Source: Nemertoderma westbladi
Taxonomy: Eukaryota > Animalia > Xenacoelomorpha
Direction: 5' to 3'
NCBI GenBank assembly: GCA_032718475.1
Contig: JAUCBJ010009060.1
Location: 62,001 to 126,000 of the forward strand
DNA: 64,000 nt
A model generated the notes under the pieces. The model was not told the origin of the DNA. It saw only the letters and a program-made list of their open reading frames with translations, and searched no databases. Position numbers and translations under genes: made by a program. Shown in pieces: positions 39,601 through 47,141 of this stretch; position 1 is the stretch's first letter, and every line of letters starts with the position of its first letter.

Positions 39601-39986
39601 TGACACCTATTTCTATTCCAATAGAAAGCGACAGCTACGGTAGAAAAGCGTGGAAAATCACGCAACTACTGGCTAACAAATTCTGGGAAATATGGCAAAA
39701 CCATTATTTGCCCTCTATTTCTGCCAGAACAACTTGGTATAATAACACCCGCGCATTAAAGCCGGGAGATCACGTGCTGTTAGCGGAAGTGAATCTAAAA
39801 AGACGCTTCTGGATAACAGGTGTAATTTTAGCCACACATCCATCTATGGATGGAGTGACAAGAACTGTGACGGTACGGACAATTGACGGTCGTACAGTAG
39901 ACAGACCGACTCAACGTCTCGTACTTCTTGAAGAGACTCATAACGAGTCTGGAGACTACAAATCTCCACCTAATACTAGTAAATAA
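30687..39986 (+). CDS. Intact BEL/Pao Gag-Pol polyprotein, 3099 aa
   Basis: Coiled-coil N-terminus; DUF1759-like capsid; BEL triple Cys/His (CQYC..H..C, CWRC....H....C, CPSC...H...LH); protease LDSAS; RT YLPHH, DVEAMF, FGARDSP, YVDD; RNase H FSDAS, PRAEL, WTD, NPADIASRG; integrase HHCC, DCFGP, SDQGTNF, GGVWE. Confidence 0.96.
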   Translation: MSDKQDYTKNTQTDYDSCDGDKSAAEEQQGKTREPTEPTPCASPVHPTGVPDAVVRGDGRTEDFLTVPQPRYRETDMVSSVGSQESVVRSVGGYMAHITRSIGEGQRILDGLTAPMSRFEFYTLQVRVQSKVYKSVDNLVGLQDLARQRQDMDTQLRILEKLMIAREKLIQFKSTIRQIQQEQADQLLGESVSDELLQPEEEQELYRLDGQLKHLTDHLRMCGEDVGDWETVPEYTRETSPVRIESAPGILNQSLVSIRSEINEVSMVTSEVARQQQQFYRQQHEMEEQTQLLMIQTAVEEEKIRVANVARISHLQEQAELEAAEMERLELDIAQQAAAAELAQRTATAELERQTAAAAAAAELERQTEAAELERKRLVSEARVEMKTRQIKAQQAIRQAEFEAQQQQTEQREKEVKLRFELEKRARELAETKENLDLLARDRSMRSRDGHDLDQIEVRHRQIQERLKEGSIGAPGRERQLVKDLCQRFPQVTPMFAPVTTKEPVSIAGSSDISPIHGATEHRFVIPDKFTPPRATSSPIPKVKVSNPPITDRSSLLTGPALLTTKQVSPPSTPKPVTHYAYPMTFRPTRPVDSNAVIRPPVQFTSQSTTSRKTCEPTEQRRPVDTRPFNQFTSQSTTSRKTCEPTEQRRTVDTRPFNQCTSQSTTSRKTCEPTEQRRLVDTRQFNQRASQSTTSRKTCEPTEQRRLVDTRQFNQFTSQSTTSRKTCEPTEQRRLVDTRQFNQFTSQSTTSRKTCEPTEQRRLVDTRQFNQRASQSTTSRKTCEPTEQRRSVDDVTKRNVRIRTTQRTRAHRPPYPDDSSTSSESDYPKREVFRTGAADEYKRERSDNSFIDNPPQNTPTQKALQPTDAISTQQFADIMRPVVNKLAQIEERLEEVQTDSSRNTEFEHNRHPKEPQRPVPSKHPSYQGKAPRRDINQITNQGRETLNVAEEIAKFAARQGLPVQQPPKFSGSSKHWHTFVDYIESQIAVCAFTSREKFNYLLQTLSGEPKRLAETFVGVPDAFELAYDRLTSIYGGTVSMARSVIEELCKGGAITKPVDLLKLADEIRNAITTLRSIGQLDYGNTPTVLLKIIGRLHHRLRREWRKIEYQREERGGFLKLEDVYLLISREAVVETRSNYTDQHIVAEGITLPSSNRQKPQTTSTKTATYTTPTESRQFSDGSRVSAPIGIKQTRQQLSTDFSGCQYCEHLGKRYIGHKLRGCRQFRELNSEERRLQIRPLDSCWRCTRHGHVRKDCPNTDTCPSCGRNHDGLLHTDSHTPTKRFAREHPEAAARCDAAYRKRESKTTPTFVTHIEDCFSEQSGSSDEELEDDDEYSNGDEQPSIALLTTDQLKGFSVIPIKITGTKGSKRIYAILDSASSHSYVDEKIADVVTDLKQGKRVSYTVSSMHGQRAIPVTRVKLNLDSLLPKSQHSERERSLLPFKDLTFAATKDFSNLLGPVPEQSLEDRKYFRHLGVPECPVNYRSVAMLIGTDQFNLHQVWETRPSAVVAGNAYACRTPIGWYTRAPVRTLNVSDEEDDVQSTCSLLTTNSIHSFSHDVDHTTLQSTKHDRRVTSMISSHKEQLIHKVSLELGEKTSQLEIPSTTDDRLASLPTPTTSTIPIDIDDDVLRNHQVEQAALDKELTEKTIRWLEQDTAEPGSYEPCMSEQEKQALKIMEDTIRQTKDGHYEVGMLWRSQSPKLINNYPLALRRLHSIRQRLLKDEKAHLQYNTQMETYLTKGYAIRMTNPEIVTNQTYYLPHHYVRHPDKPDKVRVVNDCAALFEGMSLNSELMDGPNMNNYLMGVIMRFRQRQVAFTCDVEAMFHQVKALERDRDSLRFLWYPEGDLSLPPATYQMQVRVFGARDSPNCTMYALKQAARDQKHLYDPEIIRIVERDFYVDDGLQSCDTVERATTVAHQLRDCLAGGGFNLTKFASNSAELVDSFGTTERGGGDIDLEFEPLPTTKVLGLFWDPNTDNFRVKVRLDSQENTLTKRSCLSKLSRLFDPLGFISPVILQARIYMRSIWKVGLTWDEPISSDQVDLWKTWEAELSSLEDYSIPRVYFPLQTTFPDNLELHCFSDASDNGFGVAAYLRRQVDSEAFDVSLITSKAKTMPTKYMTTPRAELQAATLSTTIVNLIQTELQSSLQIFYWTDATLVLFYINNDTLEFKTFVANRRAEILDRSIKEDWRHCPGPQNPADIASRGMMPEEFCKPENKEFWQHGPQFLQKSTQDWPPLYDNKSNTIPKDAEIKKPKKGKAKKKTTATKLKKKPKAKWKDITSKVKRGRLASLSTPDISPDGQPDTLLDDQPDVLPDISQNVLPDTSDILTNSKAAVSLLERPSIDKQPDALPDVSPDTLLDGQPDVLPDISQNVLPDTSDILTNSKAAVSLLERPSIDKQPDALPDVSPDTLLDGQPDVLPDTSLDNSPDVPRNILPDMSQNVLPDISNVSTNSKAAVSLLERPCIDKLPILTHLSNHKHGETSCITDVGSTYANVNTGVTLRSRDIPNLQPMVRPGINVGRKISLPKPADPIEFKPPLTIDLQSTDNQGKKTKKDKLLVDPDGSTVNKGILTGGPVGPSSNSKPSKISIDLPDDVTNTHIDRIVNLTDSWTNACRKLAWIVRFVQYVKGKRDFTRRLTLAEIDRCEIKLIRHYQLRYFAREFTSINQGQPIKSSPILSWSPIIYNGLICHKSRLQNIDFNTNFRYPIIIPQHHKLQRAMILDAHLHLKHAGRHHCLSYLRTRFVLIRPSKALSSVTRTCIICKKVHSRIGTQEMSELPQARLQAFRPPFTETGIDCFGPIHTKRGRILVKRWGLIFTCMSSRAVHIERVMDLSTNAFILALRRFIARRGLVKCLYSDQGTNFVGARNEIARAFKKLDHDQISNELQPHKIVWKFNPPDSPWRGGVWERLIRSIKTAMAKVIPVNHILTDDQLTTLFVEIEAILNTRPIVLVPDDKQSQFALTPAHLLMQAPTTLTPISIPIESDSYGRKAWKITQLLANKFWEIWQNHYLPSISARTTWYNNTRALKPGDHVLLAEVNLKRRFWITGVILATHPSMDGVTRTVTVRTIDGRTVDRPTQRLVLLEETHNESGDYKSPPNTSK
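32493..33066 (+). repeat. 84-bp (28-aa) in-frame repeat in gag, 7 copies (3 in copy 1 at ~17440-17675)
   Basis: QFTSQSTTSRKTCEPTEQRRLVDTRQFN units. Confidence 0.95.
37560..38085 (+). repeat. Pro-Asp-rich repeats with a 159-bp duplication between RNase H and integrase
   Basis: QPDVLPDISQNVLPDTSDILTNSKAAVSLLERPSIDK... at 37604 and 37763; copy 1 has one fewer unit. Confidence 0.85.
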
Positions 39987-40647
39987 TTAGGAGTTCACAA
40001 ATAGATTTCCACGTACCTGTACACCGTAGTAAGGACAGCGGTAGAATTCCATTGTCTTTATATGTGAACATTGAGGGTAGTACCCTTATGTGTCACATAG
40101 GAGCGGGATTTGTAGGTATAAGAAATGGAATTCTACTTGGAACTCACAATATTGAGACATTTTCGAAATTTTAGACAATCCATTTGGATTTGAAAAATTT
40201 TTAAATTTTCTCCAGTGAATAGATTTCAGGGTACAGTCGGGTGGAACTTAAAATTAGAGAAACAAGAGAGGAAGACTTGCGAGCCTTTCTTAAAAATTTT
40301 AATTAAATTTTACACGGTCTTGTTTCAATAAGTTACGTCAAAAAATAGACTCCCCTGTATTTATTTCTAATTCTTGATTGCTTATTTTCTGATAATAGTT
40401 TGGGATCAAAAAGTGAGTATTTTAGACTCACAGCCAGTTTAGCCCAAATTCGTTTTTATTTCGGCAAAAAATTTTAGATAAGAAGCAGCGTGTCATTAAA
40501 GAAACCCTAGATCTTAGGCTATGGGTAGGAGGTTAGAGCGTTGTCGAGCCCAAAGGGCAGACGAAACTCTCACGTCTCCTCACAACTAACTACAAACTCT
40601 GTTGTATTCCCTCTAGTAGTAATGATTATGTAACTACACCCCTAATT

Positions 40648-43600
40648 ATGGAGAAAGGGATACAAGGAGAGCCGAGATGGGGATATGATATCCAAGAGGA
40701 GGCAGCAGCGCCATTCGAAAGATTTGGAGCCAAGGATTATACTATATTCGGTATAAAAGAATTATCGGAAAGTACAGCGAAACTCGCGAGAACTAAATAT
40801 GACTCAAATGTATTAAAGAGAAGGCAAAACGCATTAAACGAAAGAATCGAAAGTTTGCGCCAAACCTTCAACGAACTTTACCCGTACGACACTTTATGTG
40901 ATACGGGAGATATTTGCGAAGACCCCGACACTGAAATTAGTCGTTTGTATCATACCATGCAATACCTGAAGGCGCACGAACCTATGCCCGCGGTAAGAGA
41001 TGAATTCGATGGAATGCATCTTTACAGACGAACTCGAGGGGACGATAGAGAAACCAAGGAAGCATTTTCAGTTTATAAACTTTATTATCAATGCGGTTCT
41101 TGTATGCGCGAACAACGAAATGCGATTCCAATGCGTTTGAATAAGGAAAATCCCGAACCGATATTGGCGAGGTGTTCGAACCATCAACAACTACGCTACC
41201 AGGAAGGAGGGTATCCTTTATCGAATCCATATCATTCATTTGCTATGACCGGACCAAAGGCGGGAGAAACTGTCATTTACCCACCTAAGGTTGTTGAACC
41301 CGATGTATTTGAACTTACGCTGGACGAGGCAAATCAGTCAACCCGCGAAAAGAAAGAAGCTCTTAGCCTATACAGAGCCTACAAGGCTTTCGAGAAAGGT
41401 GAGATGGAAGAATGGGGTGGAAGACTCGCGAGCCTACCTTGCCATTGGACGTCACACGATCAAACTCCAGCTAAGGAGATGACACCGGAAGTTTTCGAGA
41501 GCATAAACTTTGCTCAAAACGTTATTCAGAGACTACAGATTGCATCCCCGGAGAGGACAAGAGAAATGCAACCGTATAGTACTTCAACTACGAAACCATT
41601 GAGTACGACACTCAACTTTCCTATTAGTATACCAGTCCGACAGGATACGACGTACGAAATACCCATCGTGGATCATCCAGAAATCATTTCAAACTTGGAG
41701 TTTCTTCCTGCAGTTGTTTTCAGTGATATGAGTAAGATATATGATTTACGTAGACATATTACTCAAAAGGTCGTGTACAACGTTCCACCTCATATTCAAG
41801 ACTTCAAGGAACTGGATAGAGCTGGTGCCGATATAGCTCCGAGTAATTTGAAGGGATATTTAACCAAGACGATTCGTTTATGGATTGGAACCGGAACCTT
41901 CGAGTCGGATACAGATATTGCCGCGGATTGGCGAGGTAAGGTTATTAGCTTCGAAGATGATAAGGATATAGAGAAGATTTGGCAACCTTCGGAAGAATTG
42001 TTGGACGAATGGAATAGAACGTTTAGATCGTTTCAGGAAAATGGTTACATGTTTTACGATAACGAGGGCGGCAGTCATCAGCAGAGTTTGACTTCTAAGA
42101 CTATACAGATTAGAGCGGCGGACGGAGTCTTGCACGTTTTCAGTAGACAGAGGAGCGACAAACGAATGCCGATACCTCCAGCGAATACAAAGCGACACCA
42201 TCTTATCACCGACATAGTAAAGAAGATGGACCAAGCTTGTAATATTGACGCTAGAATGTTACCGAAGATGGTAAGAAACATGATTTTAGATAAAACTGTT
42301 GTAAAGATTGGATCAGGAGTAAGGGAGGACTTAATTAGCGACTTCGCCGGCATGACGGACAGCGATGACCGACTACCGACACCTTACGTCGACACTCGAC
42401 CTCTTATTTTGTGGTCTATAGAACAGGGATATTTTCGTGAGTATAATACTCAGAAGACTGGAACTGGATACATTTCCTACCTGTTATTCAATTGGGATTA
42501 TAAGGAAAATAAGAGAAACAAGTATATTGAAACTTATGGAGAAGGTGATACTCCAGATATGAGTGAGTTTGAATCACAGCTTAAATGGAGAGGATGCGTG
42601 TATTGGGCTATTACGTCACCTCCAAGAGCGGTCTTACAATATTATTTAGCAATAGAGTCGTCAGTGAATGTTTGCCTAATCGCCGACATTGTGTCTCGGA
42701 CTCTCAAAAGACATCCACTTTGTCTCGGAGAAGATCATACTTTCTACATGGAAGGGAGAATTCGTACCGACGTGTTTAGACAATTCCTTGAACCCTTCTA
42801 CAACTCCGACGCTCAGTGTAATGCCTTTACTCGAGCAGGATTTAGTATATTTCGAGACGTGTATCTTCGCTGTGCGGGATCTCTTATCGAAAGACCATCT
42901 ATGTTTACATTGTTACCCTATGAAGGAGAACGTATCGTGGAGATTACGGAAGAATCACGGCAGACGCGCGCGCCTATCGGTCACCTTGGTGATGATTTCG
43001 AAGTAACTACTACGATCGCTGACGATCCTTTAGAGGAACTTCTTGAGATAGAAAGGAACCTCCCGAAGAAATCTCAGATGGAGATTCGACAACTTGAAGC
43101 AACAGATGCTATAGTTTGTATACAACCTTCAGATACCTACCAACCCATAGACCCAGATGATTACGATTATAGTATGGGAGGAAGCACTCGACCGATTGGA
43201 GATCTTATATACGAACGAGTGTGGTACCCTGCCAATACGATGTGTAGTAAATGTGGCGTCGCTGGACATCATATGACAAAGTGCAGTGGAAAGCACATTA
43301 CTACGACTCAGCTAATCTGTGGATGGTGTGGGGATCAAGGGTCTCATACCTTTTATACTTGCTGGAGATTTATGGCTCAATGTACTTATTGCAATATAAA
43401 AGGACATCGAGCATCTGAATGCCAACTAAGAGACATACCTTATGAACACGAATCTGTAAAACTCGTGAGGAAGTTATTTGATGAGTGGGAAGATTTAGCC
43501 GACGAACATGTATCGGCACAAAGAAGACGGTTTCCGATGAGAGCGCATCTCGGATTTTGGGCGGTAAATCCTCAAACGATGATGTCGGAAGGATATATCT

Positions 43601-44373
43601 CCGCTATGCCCCAATATGACGAACTTATCGAGGTAGTCGATATTTTGCCCCACGACAGCGGATTCCGAGTAGTGCGCGAGTATCTACTACAGATTCACCC
43701 GGATAACAAAAACACGTGGAATTTTCAGAAAGTCGTTAATCGCATTACGTATGGTGAATTCGATCGTTTCCGAACTGAAAGGCGGAATAAAGGAGCTTGG
43801 TTAACCGTTGCATGGGCGTACCGAGCCGCGTTTTACCATAAACGTATACGAGCGAGCGTATTCGAGGAAGAAGAGGTCCTAGAGGCGACAAATATACCAG
43901 CCACTCCGGTTGCGCCGTCTGCACGTCACCCTCGGGAGGACGGACAGGGTAGGATCATACGGGTCCAGAAAGTGGGCCAACAATTAAAGAAAATTATTAA
44001 TATAGAAGAACGCAAGGGAGTTGAGCCGACCATTCGAGTTACTCGGGATACGGTATCGCTTCCTAGAGAACCAGTAGGAGGATCGGGACATACACCAGCT
44101 GATCAACAGGGGGCGCAAGCTACTCTTGGGTCTGCGTCGTCCGCTTCTCGCGCGTTCCCAGACGTTCTACCAACTGTAGTGACAACTGATCGGTCACGAG
44201 GAATCGGTCGAGGTTTTGGGATGCCAAATAGACGAATTTGCGAGGAAATAGTCGCACCGTCTCTCAACGTCCAAACGAAACCAGTGACTCGCCCCACGAG
44301 TCCCATATCGCGAGCAAAGTCACCTGTGCGCAGTTTTCGAGGACGCGGCAGGGCTCGATCCACTAAGCGATAA
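40648..44373 (+). CDS. Accessory ORF2, 1241 aa: putative Zn ribbon, DEDDy 3'-5' exonuclease-like domain, three CCHC-type zinc knuckles and a basic disordered tail
   Basis: ExoI FYDNEG (D471, E473) followed by TIQI..LHVF; ExoII LPKMVRNMILDKTVVKIGSGVRED (D561); YVDT; ExoIII-like YW...QYYLAIE (Y666, E670). Knuckles CSKCGVAGHHMTKC, CGWCGDQGSHTFYTC and CTYCNIKGHRASEC at 43243-43422. Confidence 0.85.
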   Translation: MEKGIQGEPRWGYDIQEEAAAPFERFGAKDYTIFGIKELSESTAKLARTKYDSNVLKRRQNALNERIESLRQTFNELYPYDTLCDTGDICEDPDTEISRLYHTMQYLKAHEPMPAVRDEFDGMHLYRRTRGDDRETKEAFSVYKLYYQCGSCMREQRNAIPMRLNKENPEPILARCSNHQQLRYQEGGYPLSNPYHSFAMTGPKAGETVIYPPKVVEPDVFELTLDEANQSTREKKEALSLYRAYKAFEKGEMEEWGGRLASLPCHWTSHDQTPAKEMTPEVFESINFAQNVIQRLQIASPERTREMQPYSTSTTKPLSTTLNFPISIPVRQDTTYEIPIVDHPEIISNLEFLPAVVFSDMSKIYDLRRHITQKVVYNVPPHIQDFKELDRAGADIAPSNLKGYLTKTIRLWIGTGTFESDTDIAADWRGKVISFEDDKDIEKIWQPSEELLDEWNRTFRSFQENGYMFYDNEGGSHQQSLTSKTIQIRAADGVLHVFSRQRSDKRMPIPPANTKRHHLITDIVKKMDQACNIDARMLPKMVRNMILDKTVVKIGSGVREDLISDFAGMTDSDDRLPTPYVDTRPLILWSIEQGYFREYNTQKTGTGYISYLLFNWDYKENKRNKYIETYGEGDTPDMSEFESQLKWRGCVYWAITSPPRAVLQYYLAIESSVNVCLIADIVSRTLKRHPLCLGEDHTFYMEGRIRTDVFRQFLEPFYNSDAQCNAFTRAGFSIFRDVYLRCAGSLIERPSMFTLLPYEGERIVEITEESRQTRAPIGHLGDDFEVTTTIADDPLEELLEIERNLPKKSQMEIRQLEATDAIVCIQPSDTYQPIDPDDYDYSMGGSTRPIGDLIYERVWYPANTMCSKCGVAGHHMTKCSGKHITTTQLICGWCGDQGSHTFYTCWRFMAQCTYCNIKGHRASECQLRDIPYEHESVKLVRKLFDEWEDLADEHVSAQRRRFPMRAHLGFWAVNPQTMMSEGYISAMPQYDELIEVVDILPHDSGFRVVREYLLQIHPDNKNTWNFQKVVNRITYGEFDRFRTERRNKGAWLTVAWAYRAAFYHKRIRASVFEEEEVLEATNIPATPVAPSARHPREDGQGRIIRVQKVGQQLKKIINIEERKGVEPTIRVTRDTVSLPREPVGGSGHTPADQQGAQATLGSASSASRAFPDVLPTVVTTDRSRGIGRGFGMPNRRICEEIVAPSLNVQTKPVTRPTSPISRAKSPVRSFRGRGRARSTKR

Positions 44374-45244
44374 AAGGGAGGGCAAGGGTGGACGGAAGAC
44401 TCGTGAGCCTTTCTTATGATTTGTGATTTATTTGAATTTATATTTATATTTGTGTTTATTCCGAACTTAAGCAATTTGTATTGTTCCGAATTTATGAAAT
44501 ACGACTTATATTTAGTAAGAATTTATATTTGTAAGAATTTATATTTTATATTTGTAATTATTTAGAACTTATGCAATTTATATTATTTCGAACTTATGCA
44601 ATTTATATTATTTCGAACTTATGCAATTTATATTATTCCGAACTTATGCAATTTATATTGTTCCGAATACTATGCAATTTATATCTTATAAGCAGTATTT
44701 GTATTTACAGTGAAATAGAAAGTAAGAGTAGATGGAAGACTCGTAGGCCTTTCTTATAGTTTCACTTGTAAAGTGTTATATTTTGTATTTAGAAAGTTTT
44801 ATAGATAGAAAGTTTTGTGCTTAGAAAGACTCATATTTGTAATTATTCCGAACTTATGCAATCTACATTTAGGTACGAAAGTATTTGTAATTACTTGAAT
44901 TTATGCAATATTTGAGATGCAATAGTAGATGGAAGACTCGCGAGCCTTTCTTATTGTTTTCATTTATTTGTATTTGTAATTACTTGAATTTATGCAATAT
45001 TGAGATGCAATAGATTTATATTGGTGAATTTAATTTAGATTTATATTGTACTTACTTAGTAAAGCTTTAAATACGTAAAGTTTGAATTTGTAATTATTTG
45101 TATCGAATCATTACGTAGAAAGGAAGTATTATTTGAAATTTAATTGTAAATATGTAAGTACGCCCTAAGTGTTCTATAGTTTGATTGATTATTGGTGAAA
45201 ACCGTATATTTTATGCACGATAATATCCTGTTTTCATGGAGCGG

Positions 45245-47141
45245 TATAGAATTATATTCTCTAAATGCCGTGGATTTTCAAAATTTTATTTTATTCGAAT
45301 TAACTTTGTAAAAGATTGCTTTGAATCCTCATTTGTATTTGTTATATCGCCTATCGGTCAAGTGGTTCAGTAGCTCAGTCGGTAGAGCGTTGGAAATTAT
45401 ATGTGTAGTAGGTATTGAGTTCGAATCCTAGTAAGTGCGAATTATTTTTTGTGCAGAATTTCAACTCATTTAAATTAACCGCTACAAATTAATTGCATTT
45501 GTCTGTACCAATGAGACTGTAGTTATTTGATTGTAACCAATGTCGTGCAAGTTATATATTAGCTGGACCAATAGCTATCTTTAAAACCTTGTTAGAACCT
45601 ATAGATCAATCGAGAATTTTCTCGATTGATTGCAGCACAAATTTGGTATAAAAGGGTGCGATTTGTTCATTAGTTATCTTTCTCATCTATGCTTCTCAGA
45701 TTATCTTATCTTATCAATATTCTGTCGTGCTTAGTTTATTTCAGATTACATTGTATTATAATTATATTTTCTGTAATAAAGTCAGAATTATCGCTAATCT
45801 GCTTTTCTATCTGTTTTACCATGGATTCACTACGGTGAACAAACCTAAGGGACAGGATGACCGGCTAGAGATCGGGCCGCAGCAATGAACGGGAACATCG
45901 GGGGAATGTAGACCAGAGACAACCCGCAATACCATCTTGAGTTATTCGCCCATCGCCTGAAAGGTTAGACAGCGTTCGATCCTTGCTACCTAAGTGTAAG
46001 ACCAAAAGATCAAAAGGTAGAAGTAGTGACACGCTGTGAGCCTAAAATTACATCTTAGAGACTGTACTGTCTTGATTCAGGAAAAACCGCAGTAGACCTT
46101 CATATTCCTACGGGGGGGAGAGGGAAAGAGCGCAGGCAGATACTAGTACGCAGATAGGACGTAGGCACACCGGTACAAGGCATACACATTGGTTAGGGTG
46201 CAGCAAACTGTACGCCTAACTCTTGCTAAGTGCAGGTGTGTGTGCGACTATTTGTAGTACGACAGTGTCCATTGCATTATAACTTGTAGGCTAGGGGGGT
46301 TGCTGTGTTTTCACCTGAATTGGGATTGTACCGTTCAGGCGGTAGGGCAGTTTACAGCTAGGCGCAAATAAATTGAGGCTATTAGGGATACTAACATCTA
46401 CCGTGTCCCCGCCAACGCCCTAATAGGAAGTTACCCGGACTACCTGGGTGACTAAAATTCTAGATAAGAGCCAGGATAGCTATTAGTAACTGTACGCCTA
46501 CAGTAGTAAACTAACACATCTCTTCTTAGTATCAGGGACCTGGTACCTAAAATTGCCGAATTCTGGGCGTAGCATTAACCTTATGCCTGAATTTGAGTCC
46601 TGGAAATACGCAAGAGGGGAAGGAACCTTATCATTCGTGAGTATTGGACCTACAAGTTACAAAATTAGAATATTCGTAAAATGCACACCGTACCCAGTAA
46701 TTATATATGTGAAGGAGCAAAACTGTTTTTGACCGTTCAGAATTAACACACGCGCGTTAGAAATTATTTACACCTCAAAATATATAAAATTAACTTTCGT
46801 CCTTACTGTGCTTTGCCCGCTAGTTAGACATCTCCAAATCTCTGCCTGTACCTAGCTAGCGTCCCTTCGCCCAACCATATAAATCACACCGCGGCAAAGT
46901 ATACGAGCCCTTTAGTCCGTCAGTGAGTCAGCCTGATTTTAGGATTCGCTGCGCGGGATTTTGTTTTATCGAAGTTTGTCTGCTCGTAGACTGTTTTCTG
47001 CCTCACCGGTTATAAGAGATCGATACTGCAATATATTCGCTTACTTAGAGTTTACTGTTTTGGTGAGAAGGTCGGATTTATGATTTGATTCACAAACTTT
47101 ACAGTAGGATATTGCAGGTATTGTTACTGTCTCTTCGAATA
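45245..47141 (+). repeat. BEL LTR-containing direct repeat 3
   Basis: Homology ends at CTCTTCGAATA (47141); no TSD matches the left flank. Confidence 0.85.
45364..45450 (+). ncRNA. tRNA-like Pol III cassette in LTR3
   Basis: Identical to the other two copies. Confidence 0.7.

Larger units (their letters stand above)
12935..47141 (+). mobile_element. Tandem BEL/Pao LTR retrotransposons (repeat-internal-repeat-internal-repeat)
   Basis: Three direct repeats start at 12935, 27991 and 45245; the two internal regions each carry a BEL-type gag-pol and an extra 3' ORF. Confidence 0.95.

Noticed and set aside
40540-40570. Hammerhead at ...GACGAAAC
   Set aside because: No CUGANGA core; kept only as a hairpin.
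40648-44373. ORF2 as an envelope protein
   Set aside because: No evident signal peptide or transmembrane helix; it has nuclease and zinc-knuckle motifs instead.
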